A DNA stretch of 64,000 nt from Tateyamaria sp. (GTDB taxonomy: Bacteria > Pseudomonadota > Alphaproteobacteria > Rhodobacterales > Rhodobacteraceae): the NCBI RefSeq assembly GCF_039945315.1, contig NZ_JBDUXB010000049.1, positions 21,891 through 85,890 on the forward strand, given 5' to 3'. The notes under the pieces are model-generated. The model had not been told where the DNA came from. It saw nothing but the letters and a program-made list of their open reading frames with translations, and searched no databases. This document shows positions 20,243 to 29,830 of this stretch, piece after piece; the stretch's first letter is position 1; every line of letters begins with the position of its first letter. Made by a program: the position numbers and the translations under genes.

Positions 20243-21280
20243 TCAGCGTAGTGCCACGTTCTCCAGAAACGCAACAGTCTCTCCTTCGGCGGAGCGTAAC
20301 TCCATCGTAGGGCCGGTCACGATCGCTTCGCTGACGGACGCGATGCCCTGGACCCACGCCCGTTCGATCTCATCAAGAGGCGGTGGGCACGCCATCAGCG
20401 TCATCGGCCCCGGTTGCAGCGTCAGGGATGAACCATCCAGCGCGTAGCCTCCGTTGACTGTGTTGCAGCCAATGGTCGAGGTGAAGGTGCCTTCGCCGGA
20501 TCGAAAGATGACGTGCGGTTCGCGCTTGCCTTCGACGGCACCGAGTGTTTCCCCGCCAATCGACAAAATGCGCCAGTAGGCGTCTCCGATATCCGAATCT
20601 GCCATGGCCCGTTCACAGGTTAGTCCGGGCACAAACCCGGCCAGCCGATCCATCACCACCATATCACGCTGGCCGCCTTCCATGCCTTCACGTTCAGCGA
20701 TTTGCCCGTCAAAAACGACAACCGTTGGCGCCCCAGGTTCGGCCTGTGCGTCGCGGTATGCGCGCTCGGCGTCGAGATATGCGCCCTCCATCGCAACCGG
20801 GTAGGTTTCCTCACTCCCGCATGCGGTAAACGTGGCAGCGTCCGCGAAATACACAAATTCACCGATGAGGCGGCGGGTCGGCTCGGCCTGAGCTTGCACC
20901 TTCACCATGGTAATCAAGGCATCTGTGCCTGTGTCGTTGGTCAAGACCGGGGTGTGCGTGTCTGTGGTGAACAACAGCTTGTCGCCCATCCGCAGACTGG
21001 CCCGCACTGCGTAGCGCCGACCGTCCTGAATAACGTCCGGGTTGAAAGGAAGTGCAACCTCATAGGGCGGATTGCCCGCGTCGTTTACTGTTACCGCCCC
21101 AAGGATTTTGGCAGGTGCATCTGCCAACGACACATCCTGAAGCTGCGCCTCAAAGGTCACTCCGGGCAGCATCGCAATCCGTTCTCGGTACGTGGCGGAC
21201 ACCGTTATCGTCTCCATCGCAGTTACAATACCTCCTGTGATGGAAAGGCCCACCGCGAAAATGAATAGAAGAGCCCGCAT
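20243..21280 (-). CDS. secreted YbaY-like plus META (HslJ-like) domain protein
   Basis: Signal peptide, then YRERIAMLPG...LQDVSLADAP (YbaY-like), then a C-terminal META-like block (GCNTVNGGYALDGSSLTL...MTLMACP). Confidence 0.7.
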   Translation of the reverse strand: MRALLFIFAVGLSITGGIVTAMETITVSATYRERIAMLPGVTFEAQLQDVSLADAPAKILGAVTVNDAGNPPYEVALPFNPDVIQDGRRYAVRASLRMGDKLLFTTDTHTPVLTNDTGTDALITMVKVQAQAEPTRRLIGEFVYFADAATFTACGSEETYPVAMEGAYLDAERAYRDAQAEPGAPTVVVFDGQIAEREGMEGGQRDMVVMDRLAGFVPGLTCERAMADSDIGDAYWRILSIGGETLGAVEGKREPHVIFRSGEGTFTSTIGCNTVNGGYALDGSSLTLQPGPMTLMACPPPLDEIERAWVQGIASVSEAIVTGPTMELRSAEGETVAFLENVALR

Positions 21281-21614
21281 AGACCTGATCCTTTGTTTGG
21301 TGTCCTGTTAGAAAGTTATTTCAGGTGACCCATTCAAGTCCACCAACCAAATAGGTGCATTTTTTAAACTAAGGCGGGATCACCATCCCCGATAGGGATG
21401 AAGCGTCTGCAGCCCTCCATCCGTCTTTTATGAACCAACATCACTGCGCCTTTGCAGTCCGGCCACCGATATGTTGGGCGGATGTCTTATGCGTGATCGA
21501 TGACACAGCCCCCCCCTAACGCCTTGCACGCCCCTGCCCCCCTGTCCTACATGGGACTGGCACTAAAGTGCGCGGGACCACCTCTGTGTCCGGCGTCAAA
21601 ACTGAGGTTTGCAG

Positions 21615-22844
21615 ATGAAAAGAGTTGTCGTTACCGGATTGGGCATCGTCTCATCCATCGGGAACAACGCAGACGAAGTCCTGGCTTCGCTCAAGTCAGG
21701 CACTTCGGGCATTGTCGCCTCCGAAGAGATGGCCGAGCATGGCTTTCGCAGCCAGATCGCAGGCACGTTAAAGCTGGATGTGGCCGAGCACGTAGAAAAA
21801 CGCACGCTGCGCTTCATGGGCCCTGGCGCAGCTTACGCCCATATCGCCATGAGTCAGGCGATTGCGGATGCCGGGCTGGAAGAGGCCGACATCGTAAATC
21901 CCCGCACGGGTCTTGTCGCCGGCTCTGGTGGGCCATCGACATCCGCCATGCTGGCAGCTCATCAGACCGTGCTGAAGACGGGCGCGACAAAGCGCATTGG
22001 CCCCTTTGCGGTGCCCAAGTGCATGTCCTCGACCATCAGCGCAAACCTTGCCACGGCCTACAAGATCAAGGGCATCAACTATTCCATCACGTCGGCTTGT
22101 TCGACATCGCTCCACTGCATCGGCAACGCGGCCGAGCAGATCATGCTGGGCAAACAGGACGTGATGTTTGCTGGTGGCGCCGAAGAACTGGACTGGACCC
22201 TGTCCTGCCTGTTCGATGCGATGGGCGCGATGTCGTCCAAGTACAATGACGCGCCTGCCACGGCGAGCCGTGCTTTTGACGCCAACCGCGACGGGTTCGT
22301 GATTTCGGGTGGTGGCGGCATCGTCGTGCTGGAAGAGTTGGAACATGCCCTTGCCCGGGGCGCGAAAATCTACGCCGAAGTGACGGGTTATGGTGCCACA
22401 TCCGATGGCCATGACATGGTGGCGCCTTCAGGTGAGGGTGGCGAGCGGGCAATGCGCGTCGCTCTTGAGACGCTGCCAGAGGGGCGTACAGTCGGCTATA
22501 TCAATGCACATGGCACCTCGACCCCCGTGGGCGACGTGGGTGAGATCGAAGCGGTGCGCCGCGTGTTTGGGCAAGGCACGACACCGCCGGTCAGCTCCAC
22601 AAAATCAATGACAGGCCACGCACAAGGCGCGGCAGGTGCACTTGAGGCGATCTTTAGCCTGTTGATGCTGGAACATGACTTTATCGCGCCATCCATCAAC
22701 GTTGAAACACTGGATGAAGCGCTGGATGCGGCAGAGATCGCAACATCACTGCGCACAAACGCAGGGCTCGATAGCGTCATGACCAACTCATTCGGGTTTG
22801 GTGGCACGAACGGCTCCATGATCCTGTCGAAATTTCACGGGTAA
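21615..22844 (+). CDS. fabB: beta-ketoacyl-ACP synthase I
   Basis: MKRVVVTGLGIVSSIG and the active-site ITSACSTS motif. Start set at ATG 21615 (GAGG 7 nt upstream). The track start at 21609 is TTG. Confidence 0.95.
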   Translation: MKRVVVTGLGIVSSIGNNADEVLASLKSGTSGIVASEEMAEHGFRSQIAGTLKLDVAEHVEKRTLRFMGPGAAYAHIAMSQAIADAGLEEADIVNPRTGLVAGSGGPSTSAMLAAHQTVLKTGATKRIGPFAVPKCMSSTISANLATAYKIKGINYSITSACSTSLHCIGNAAEQIMLGKQDVMFAGGAEELDWTLSCLFDAMGAMSSKYNDAPATASRAFDANRDGFVISGGGGIVVLEELEHALARGAKIYAEVTGYGATSDGHDMVAPSGEGGERAMRVALETLPEGRTVGYINAHGTSTPVGDVGEIEAVRRVFGQGTTPPVSSTKSMTGHAQGAAGALEAIFSLLMLEHDFIAPSINVETLDEALDAAEIATSLRTNAGLDSVMTNSFGFGGTNGSMILSKFHG

Positions 22845-22853
22845 GAACACAAA

Positions 22854-23645
22854 ATGTCCGATTTGATGCAAGGTAAACGCGGTCTGATCATGGGGGTCGC
22901 CAATGACCGCTCTATCGCGTGGGGGATCGCCAAAGCGCTGCATGAGGCGGGGGCCGAACTGGCGTTCACCTATCAGGGCGAGGCCTTTGGCAAGCGGCTC
23001 GAGCCATTGGCGGCAAGCGTCGGCTCGGATTTCATGGTGGACGCGGATGTCACGGACGACGCGTCACTGGATGCAGCCTTTGATGCGCTTGGTGCCCGCT
23101 GGCCCACTATTGATTTTGTGGTCCATGCCATCGCCTTTTCCGACAAATCCGAGTTGACGGGTCGGTTCCTGAACACGTCGCGCGCCAATTTCAAACACTC
23201 GATGGATATCTCTGCCTACAGCTTTATTGAGGTCGCGCGCCGCGCTCATCCGCTGATGATTGAGAATGGCGGGACGCTGTTGACGCTGACCTATCAGGGC
23301 TCAAACCGCGTTGTGCCGAGCTACAACGTGATGGGCGTGGCCAAGGCCGCGCTTGAGTCCGCCACTCGCTATCTGGCCAATGATCTGGGACCCGAAGGCA
23401 TCCGCGTTAATGCGATCTCGCCGGGTCCAATGAAGACGCTCGCCGGTGCCGCCATTGGGGGTGCGCGTAAGACGTACAAGCATACGGACCTCAACGCGCC
23501 TTTGCGCAGCAATGCCACGCTGGAGGCGGTCGGTGGTACGGCCGTCTACTTGTGTTCAGACGCGGGCGCGTGCACGACCGGAGAGATCATCCGCGTCGAT
23601 GGCGGCTTTCACGTGCTGGGCATGCCGCAGCCGGATCACCTCTGA
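22854..23645 (+). CDS. fabI: enoyl-ACP reductase (NADH)
   Basis: 263 aa with GKRGLIMGVANDRSIAWGIAKAL and YNVMGVAKAALE (Tyr/Lys motif). Confidence 0.95.
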   Translation: MSDLMQGKRGLIMGVANDRSIAWGIAKALHEAGAELAFTYQGEAFGKRLEPLAASVGSDFMVDADVTDDASLDAAFDALGARWPTIDFVVHAIAFSDKSELTGRFLNTSRANFKHSMDISAYSFIEVARRAHPLMIENGGTLLTLTYQGSNRVVPSYNVMGVAKAALESATRYLANDLGPEGIRVNAISPGPMKTLAGAAIGGARKTYKHTDLNAPLRSNATLEAVGGTAVYLCSDAGACTTGEIIRVDGGFHVLGMPQPDHL

Positions 23646-23699
23646 ACATTTCCATTTTGTCGTCAAACTCTCGCCAAAGTAGAGCGATAGCGCTGAGCC

Positions 23700-23996
23700 A
23701 TGGAAATGGCAGAAGTATACCGTGCCCGGGCACATGAGCGGGCGTTCGAGCGCCGCGCGGCACGCACGCGACGAGTCAAACGGCTGGTGGGCACCTTGTT
23801 CGCGCTGATCGGCGCGGGGTTGATGTTTTCGCTGTTTTTACATCCGCAACTGATCAGCGACGCTGTTGCCTGGTCACATGGAACGGATGTGCCGGAGGCC
23901 CTGCGCACCGTGGAAAAGTCAGACGATACCCACGTCCGGTCGATGCCCAGCAATGTGGTCCCCGTGCGCCGAGGCGGTGGGGCGTTCGGCAACTGA
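23700..23996 (+). CDS. hypothetical single-pass membrane protein
   Basis: 98 aa with a basic N-terminus and one TM helix (LVGTLFALIGAGLMFSLFL). No recognised motif. Confidence 0.45.
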   Translation: MEMAEVYRARAHERAFERRAARTRRVKRLVGTLFALIGAGLMFSLFLHPQLISDAVAWSHGTDVPEALRTVEKSDDTHVRSMPSNVVPVRRGGGAFGN

Positions 23997-24208
23997 GAGA
24001 TTGGGTTTGTCATTTCGGCAAGCGAACAAGCTCGTATTCCACTAACTCGCCACTTTGCGAGCCGGAACGCATCGCACCTTACTTGTGGGGGATAACGAAG
24101 GTCGTTTAAACACCGCGCCCCTACTGACTGACTTCCACCCAAAATCAGTACCTGATCGCAGTCATAGTCTGTACGGATATTAGACGGTTAAGGTGCCGCG
24201 AAACAGGT

Positions 24209-25081
24209 TCATGCAACGAAAAATTTGCGATGCTTTTTGCAGTATCTCACCAGAATATCGCGGAAGGCGCGGAGTTTTGGGGAAGGCCATACATCAGGGT
24301 GCCCAACGACCCAAATGTCCGCATAGGATTGCGGCTGGAGCACAGGAACCTGCACAAGACCGGTGGAAGATCGTCCGAGGAACATTGGCATTCGGACCAA
24401 ACCCAACCCTGCCTGAGCAGCTCCAACCATAGCGACCATATCGTCGAACCGAAACCGAACCCTGTTGTTGGGAAAATCTGTGGCAACGCCTTTGGGAACA
24501 TCGGGATATGCATCATATACCACCCAGTCGATCATCGCAGAAGGATCGGCCAAAATCCGGTCGGCCAGTTCCTGATTGGCAAAGCTTGCGGTTTCCTGTT
24601 GCAAAAGCCTCAAGCCGGTCAATGTATCGCCTGGGTTTCGGCTGATCCGAATTGCAAGGTCAGCTTCCAGCCGGGTGAGATCCAAAAGCTCATTCGTCGC
24701 AAGGATACGCAGCTCAATAAGTGGGTACGCCTTGGTGAATTGATCAATGACTGGTGCAAGAAAGCTGGCAATCAGCAATTGAGGGGCTGTTATTGTCAGA
24801 CGCCCCGACAATTCTGTCTCGGCGCCTTGCAGCTGGCGTTTCAAGCTGTGTTCGGCCTTCTCCATTTGAGCAGCGTGTTCGGCGAGCAAATGAGCTGTTG
24901 CGGTTGGTCGATAACCATCCGGCAGTCGCTCAAACAGCAATTGGCCCGAAGCCTCTTCAGCGCGGCGAATCCGACGTGCGACGGTCGTATAGTTCAAGCC
25001 TAAAGCCGCAGCCGCTCCAGCCAGAGAGCGGTGGCGTACCAGCATCAAAACCGTTCGCAGATCATCCCAAGCAACATCCAT
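24209..25081 (-). CDS. LysR-family transcriptional regulator
   Basis: wHTH RSLAGAAAALGLNYTTVARRIRRAEEASGQLLFER and a LysR effector domain. Confidence 0.9.
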   Translation of the reverse strand: MDVAWDDLRTVLMLVRHRSLAGAAAALGLNYTTVARRIRRAEEASGQLLFERLPDGYRPTATAHLLAEHAAQMEKAEHSLKRQLQGAETELSGRLTITAPQLLIASFLAPVIDQFTKAYPLIELRILATNELLDLTRLEADLAIRISRNPGDTLTGLRLLQQETASFANQELADRILADPSAMIDWVVYDAYPDVPKGVATDFPNNRVRFRFDDMVAMVGAAQAGLGLVRMPMFLGRSSTGLVQVPVLQPQSYADIWVVGHPDVWPSPKLRAFRDILVRYCKKHRKFFVA

Positions 25082-25099
25082 ACATGCGTTTTCGCATGT
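25082..25099. promoter_or_regulatory. perfect dyad ACATGCG-TTTT-CGCATGT abutting the LysR start codon
   Basis: 7-bp arms with a 4-nt spacer, in the divergent LysR/DUF1330 intergenic region. Confidence 0.4.
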
Positions 25100-25176
25100 T
25101 CATTGTGCAAAGACACGCGCTTTCTCATGGCCCGGATCGCGATAAATTACCATTATCAACATTTGAGGAGACCACG

Positions 25177-25458
25177 ATGATCTACGCCTATGCAATGCTA
25201 ACAGTGAACAATCCCGATGCGCTCGTCGAATATCGCGATGTGGCAGGTGCAGCGCTCGCCAAGCACGGTGGGAAGGTTGAAAGTGCCACGCGCGAATTCA
25301 CGGTGCTAGACGGCGCACCCGAAGCGCCTAATGTAGCAGCATTACTGGGTTTCCCTGATAGGGACGCTGCTATAGCCTGGTCAACGGACCCCGAACTAGC
25401 CGATGTCCACACCCTGCGTCGCAGCGCCGGTGCATCGGACATTTTGCTTTTGGGTTAG
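25177..25458 (+). CDS. DUF1330-domain protein
   Basis: 93 aa: MIYAYAMLTVNNPDALVEYRDVAGAALAKHGGKV...FPDRDAAIAWSTDPELADVHTLRR. GAGGAG lies 6 nt upstream of the ATG. Confidence 0.75.
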   Translation: MIYAYAMLTVNNPDALVEYRDVAGAALAKHGGKVESATREFTVLDGAPEAPNVAALLGFPDRDAAIAWSTDPELADVHTLRRSAGASDILLLG

Positions 25459-25562
25459 TCAGGGCTCTTGCAAATAAACAGACTGCCGTTCGTTTTTGAG
25501 AAGTGAGCGGCAGCACTGCCCGCCGTAGCGATCGGGCACATCACCACTCAAGACTGGTCCAT

Positions 25563-25997
25563 TCATCCCGCCTCGACCGACACGACCTCAAAATCAAACA
25601 CCAGATCACGCCCCGCCAGCGGGTGGTTGGCGTCCAGCATAACTTGTTCGTCGTCAATCGCCGTCACTGTCACGGGCATTGGCTGACCTTGAGGTGTTTG
25701 CATTTGCAACTGCATACCAACCTCAAGCTCGATATCGTCCGGAATCGCGTCGCGGGGTACGCCTTGGTGCAACGCGGGATTGATCGGGCCATAGGCATCC
25801 GCGCAGTCAATGCTCACTGACTTTTTGTCCCCTGCCTGCATGCCCGGCAGGGCTGTATCCAGCCCTTTGATGATGTGGCCCGCACCCACGACAAATTCCA
25901 GCGGATCGCGCCCCTCTGAACTGTCAAAGGAGGTTCCGTCCTTCAAAGTGCCTGTGTAGTGGATGCGCACGGTGTCGCCGTCTTTGATTTCGGCCAT
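25563..25997 (-). CDS. FKBP-type peptidyl-prolyl cis-trans isomerase (SlyD-like)
   Basis: VRIHYTGTLKDGTSFDSS...PLEFVVGAGHIIKGLD with an insert-in-flap region. Start set at MAEIKDG (GAAGGAG 7 nt upstream). Confidence 0.88.
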   Translation of the reverse strand: MAEIKDGDTVRIHYTGTLKDGTSFDSSEGRDPLEFVVGAGHIIKGLDTALPGMQAGDKKSVSIDCADAYGPINPALHQGVPRDAIPDDIELEVGMQLQMQTPQGQPMPVTVTAIDDEQVMLDANHPLAGRDLVFDFEVVSVEAG

Positions 25998-26164
25998 GTG
26001 CATGCTCCTTCAAGTTCGGCGTTCACACTGCCTGTATGTGAAGGGGGGGTAAACCCCGTCTGGCAGTCTTTTCGCACCCCGGATTTTGTTTTTCCAACCC
26101 GTCGCCCCTTTTCGTCGCTGCATCCCCATGTCAGTGTTTGCCCAACTTGAGAAAGGTTGCTGCC

Positions 26165-26851
26165 ATGCCCATTACCACCTGTATTTTTGACGCCTATGGC
26201 ACTCTGTTCGATGTCGCCGCTGCAGCACGTCAGGCGGCGGGTGATCCGTCCTTTGCCGCGATCAAGGATGACTGGCCCGCGCTGGCCGAGCATTGGCGCG
26301 CCAAACAGTTGCAATACACGTGGCTGCGCGCGATCACCGGTGCGCATACGGATTTCTGGGAAGTGACCCAGAACGGGCTAGACTGGGCTTTGGAGAAGAC
26401 CGGCCATGCCCATGATCCAGCTTTGCGCGAGCGCCTGTTGGCGCTCTATTGGGAATTGCAGGCCTATCCCGAAGTGCCCAAGATGTTGCACACCCTCAAG
26501 AACGCAGGGATGAACACCGCCATCCTGTCCAATGGATCGCCCGAAATGCTGGACGGGGCGGTGCAATCAGCGGGCATTGCTGATGTACTGGATGACAGCC
26601 TGTCGGTGCAATCCGTCGGCATCTTCAAACCAGACGTGCGGGTCTATGACCTTGTTGGGCAGCGGTTTGGCTGCGCCAAGGAAGAGGTTCTTTTCGTCTC
26701 TTCGAATGGTTGGGACGCCGCCGGGGCCACCGGTTACGGGTTTACAACGGCGTGGGTCAATCGCGGCGGAGAACCGGTCGACCGTTTGCCTTGGACCCCA
26801 CACACAACCCTTACCGATTTGACAGGTATTCCGGCCCTGGCGGGCGTGTAA
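26165..26851 (+). CDS. haloacid dehalogenase type II (HAD superfamily)
   Basis: N-terminus CIFDAYGTLFDV, then W...QL.YTWLR, SNG and FVSSNGWDAAGA motifs. Confidence 0.85.
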   Translation: MPITTCIFDAYGTLFDVAAAARQAAGDPSFAAIKDDWPALAEHWRAKQLQYTWLRAITGAHTDFWEVTQNGLDWALEKTGHAHDPALRERLLALYWELQAYPEVPKMLHTLKNAGMNTAILSNGSPEMLDGAVQSAGIADVLDDSLSVQSVGIFKPDVRVYDLVGQRFGCAKEEVLFVSSNGWDAAGATGYGFTTAWVNRGGEPVDRLPWTPHTTLTDLTGIPALAGV

Positions 26852-27669
26852 TGGCCACGTTCACGACGTCAGATGGGTTGAGCCTTTTTTACACCGATGA
26901 AGGCTCTGGGCTGCCACTGTTGTGTTTGCCGGGGCTGACAAGAACCACGGTGGATTTCCAGTATGTGACGCCACACTTGCCCCCCTGCCGTCTCATCAAG
27001 ATGGATTATCGCGGGCGGGGGCAATCAGACGTCGACCCGAATTGGCAGAACTACACATTGCCTGTGGAAATCCGCGATGTGATCGAATTGATGGACCACC
27101 TGTCCCTGCCCGCCTGCGCCATCCTTGGCACATCGCGCGGGGCGCTGAACGGGATGGGCCTTGCCGCCGCAGCGCCTGAGCGGGTGTTGGGTGTGGCCCT
27201 CAACGATGTGGGCCCTGAACTGGACCCCGAGGGCCTTGCCGGGATCATGGTCTACCTTGGCCGAAATCCCGCTGCGCGCAGCCACAGCGAAGCCGCAATG
27301 GCCCTGCCTTATGTGCTGAAAGGGTTCGCGAATGTGCCCCCTGAGCGCTGGATGCAAGAAGCGCAGACCCATTTTGTGCAAACACCCGAAGGCCTCAGCA
27401 TCACTTACGATCCTCATTTGCGCGATGCAGTCGAGGCAGGTGGCGAAGTCCCTGATCTGTGGCCGTTCTTTGACGCACTTGCAGGCAAGCCAACTTGCCT
27501 GATCCGGGGGGGCGGGTCGGACTTGCTGAGTGCCGCCACAGCCCAGAAGATGCAGGATCGCCGCCCTGACATGATCTATGCCGAGGTGCCGGACCGGGGC
27601 CACGTGCCATTTCTGGACGAACCCGAGGCGGTCGCCGCCCTAGGGGCATGGATGGAGGAAATGCAATGA
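26851..27669 (+). CDS. alpha/beta hydrolase
   Basis: PLLCLPGLTRT and the GTSRG nucleophile elbow. TAATG overlap with the upstream gene. Confidence 0.8.
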   Translation: MATFTTSDGLSLFYTDEGSGLPLLCLPGLTRTTVDFQYVTPHLPPCRLIKMDYRGRGQSDVDPNWQNYTLPVEIRDVIELMDHLSLPACAILGTSRGALNGMGLAAAAPERVLGVALNDVGPELDPEGLAGIMVYLGRNPAARSHSEAAMALPYVLKGFANVPPERWMQEAQTHFVQTPEGLSITYDPHLRDAVEAGGEVPDLWPFFDALAGKPTCLIRGGGSDLLSAATAQKMQDRRPDMIYAEVPDRGHVPFLDEPEAVAALGAWMEEMQ

Positions 27670-28637
27670 ATATCGATATGATCCGCGCCGCTGCAAAGCG
27701 CCTTGAGGGGCATGCACGGGTGACCCCGCTGCTGAACTCGCCCTTTCTTGACGAGATCGCGGGCCGTCGCGTCTGGATCAAGCCGGAGTGCCTGCAACGC
27801 ACGGGAAGTTTCAAGTTTCGGGGCGGTTGGTCGGCGCTGTCTGCGCTTGATGCTGACACACGCGCGCGCGGTGTCATCGCGTTTTCCAGCGGCAATCATG
27901 CCCAAGGCGTCGCGCATGCGGCCACATTGCACGGGGTGCCATCAGTCATCGTAATGCCAAGCGACGCGCCTGCCCTCAAAATCGCCAACACAAAGGCCTT
28001 GGGGACCGAGGTGGTTCTGTACGATCGCGGCAACGAGGACCGCGACCACATCGGTGCGCAGTTAGCACAAGAACGCGGGCTAACCCTGATCAAACCCTAT
28101 GACGAACCACAGGTCATCGCCGGGCAAGGCACAACCGGTCTTGAGATCGTAACCCAAGCCCGAGAAGCAGGCGTCGAGAATGCTGACATTCTGGTCTGTT
28201 GCGGTGGGGGTGGTTTGACCTCGGGCATTGCATTAGCGGCTGAGGCAGAGGCGCCGGGGCTGCGCGTGCGCCCTGTTGAACCTGAGGGGTTTGACGACGT
28301 TGCCCGCTCGCTGAGGTCGGGGGGCATTGAGCGTAACAACCGGGTGTCCGGGAACATTTGCGATGCGATCATCACGCCGCAGCCCGGCAACATTACCTTT
28401 CCGATCATGCACCGGTTGTGCGGCCCCGGATTGGTGGTCACTGAGGATGAGGCGCTACAGGCCATGGCGCTTGCCTTCCTGCGCCTGAAGGTGGTGGCCG
28501 AACCAGGAGGGGCTGTTGCCCTTGCTGCCGCATTGTGTCGGCAGGATCAGATTGAAGGAGAGGACGTGATCGTCACCATATCAGGTGGCAACGTGGACCC
28601 TGAAATCTTTGCACGGAGCCTCAAGACCCTGACATGA
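27666..28637 (+). CDS. PLP-dependent threonine/serine dehydratase or racemase-family enzyme
   Basis: GSFKFRGG (PLP lysine), SSGNHAQG and GGGGL motifs. ATGA overlap. Confidence 0.85.
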   Translation: MNIDMIRAAAKRLEGHARVTPLLNSPFLDEIAGRRVWIKPECLQRTGSFKFRGGWSALSALDADTRARGVIAFSSGNHAQGVAHAATLHGVPSVIVMPSDAPALKIANTKALGTEVVLYDRGNEDRDHIGAQLAQERGLTLIKPYDEPQVIAGQGTTGLEIVTQAREAGVENADILVCCGGGGLTSGIALAAEAEAPGLRVRPVEPEGFDDVARSLRSGGIERNNRVSGNICDAIITPQPGNITFPIMHRLCGPGLVVTEDEALQAMALAFLRLKVVAEPGGAVALAAALCRQDQIEGEDVIVTISGGNVDPEIFARSLKTLT

Positions 28638-29824
28638 CCGATTTTTCCATCGCCAGCTTTAACGTCAAGAACCTTATTGGTCCGGACGCCGAATACTATC
28701 GCTTTCAAAGCTATACCCCTGAGGAATACGCATGGAAGGCTGATTGGCTGGCCGAACAGATGCAGACGATGGACGCCGATATCGTCGGCTTTCAGGAGAT
28801 ATTTGAAGAAAGCGCGTTGCGTAATGTGATCCGCCAAGCCGATGTAGAAGGGATCGCGGACAACGATGCCCACATTCCCGGGCCGAACAAACGGTACCGG
28901 CGCAAGGCGATCTTTCGCAAGCTGGCTTACCGTCCGTATACGGACGCGGCCCTTGCCGTGGCGCCCAACGTTAACGACGGCGGTCCCGGACAGCGCCGTC
29001 CCGGTGTGGCGATCCTGTCGCGGCTGGGCTTTGTGGGTCAGCCCGAGATCATACAGGACTTGGCAGAGCCATTGGACATCGACTTTGGCCCGATGGGCCC
29101 CGACGGTGGGGGCAGTTTTCGCCTTACCCGCCTCAGCCGTCCCATCCTGAAAGTGCGCGTGCCTGTGGGCGGGCATGTGATCACGGTGTTCAACTGCCAT
29201 CTGAAGTCCAAGTTGGGGGAGTATGTCCCGCCAAAAGGGGGCGGAGCGCCCGCTGAAGTGGACCTGACGGCATATGACCCTGTTGCCCGTGCCCTTGGTG
29301 GCTTGCGCGCTGCCCTGCGCCGTATGGCCGAGGCGTGGGTGTTGCGCCGTGCCATTGTCGCAGAATTGCAGGCTGGCCATCCAGTGATGGTGCTGGGTGA
29401 TTTCAACGACGGCGAACATGCCGTCAGTTCCGAGATCATCAGCGGCGAGGTGCCATTCAAAAATTATGCCTGGATGCTGCGCCATGATGCTGAAACGCCC
29501 CGTGATCGCTACTCCGACGCGGAAAACGAACAGATTCAGGAAGACATAGAAGCTGTCCGCCTGCATTCGGCAGAAAAGCAGTTTGTGCGCAAATCGGCCC
29601 GCGATATGGTTTATACGGCGGCCTTTGGCGGAAATTACGAGAGCATTGATCAGATCTATATGTCCCGACACTTCCTAGCTGACGCAAAGGGAAGCATTGG
29701 GCAGATGGACTATTTCAGCGTGCTGAACGATCATCTGACCGACGGCAGCCATCCCGAGGCGCCCTATAACAAACTGGCCTCTGATCACGGACAGATCATT
29801 GCCCATATGCGATTAAAGGACTGA
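28634..29824 (+). CDS. endonuclease/exonuclease/phosphatase (EEP) family protein
   Basis: SFNVKNL, VGFQE, NCHLKS, LGDFND and SDHG motifs. ATGA overlap. Confidence 0.8.
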   Translation: MTDFSIASFNVKNLIGPDAEYYRFQSYTPEEYAWKADWLAEQMQTMDADIVGFQEIFEESALRNVIRQADVEGIADNDAHIPGPNKRYRRKAIFRKLAYRPYTDAALAVAPNVNDGGPGQRRPGVAILSRLGFVGQPEIIQDLAEPLDIDFGPMGPDGGGSFRLTRLSRPILKVRVPVGGHVITVFNCHLKSKLGEYVPPKGGGAPAEVDLTAYDPVARALGGLRAALRRMAEAWVLRRAIVAELQAGHPVMVLGDFNDGEHAVSSEIISGEVPFKNYAWMLRHDAETPRDRYSDAENEQIQEDIEAVRLHSAEKQFVRKSARDMVYTAAFGGNYESIDQIYMSRHFLADAKGSIGQMDYFSVLNDHLTDGSHPEAPYNKLASDHGQIIAHMRLKD

Positions 29825-29830
29825 AATCAC

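Noticed and set aside
28547-29671. 374-aa minus-strand ORF.
   Set aside because: It is antisense to the EEP-family gene, which has a clear catalytic motif series.
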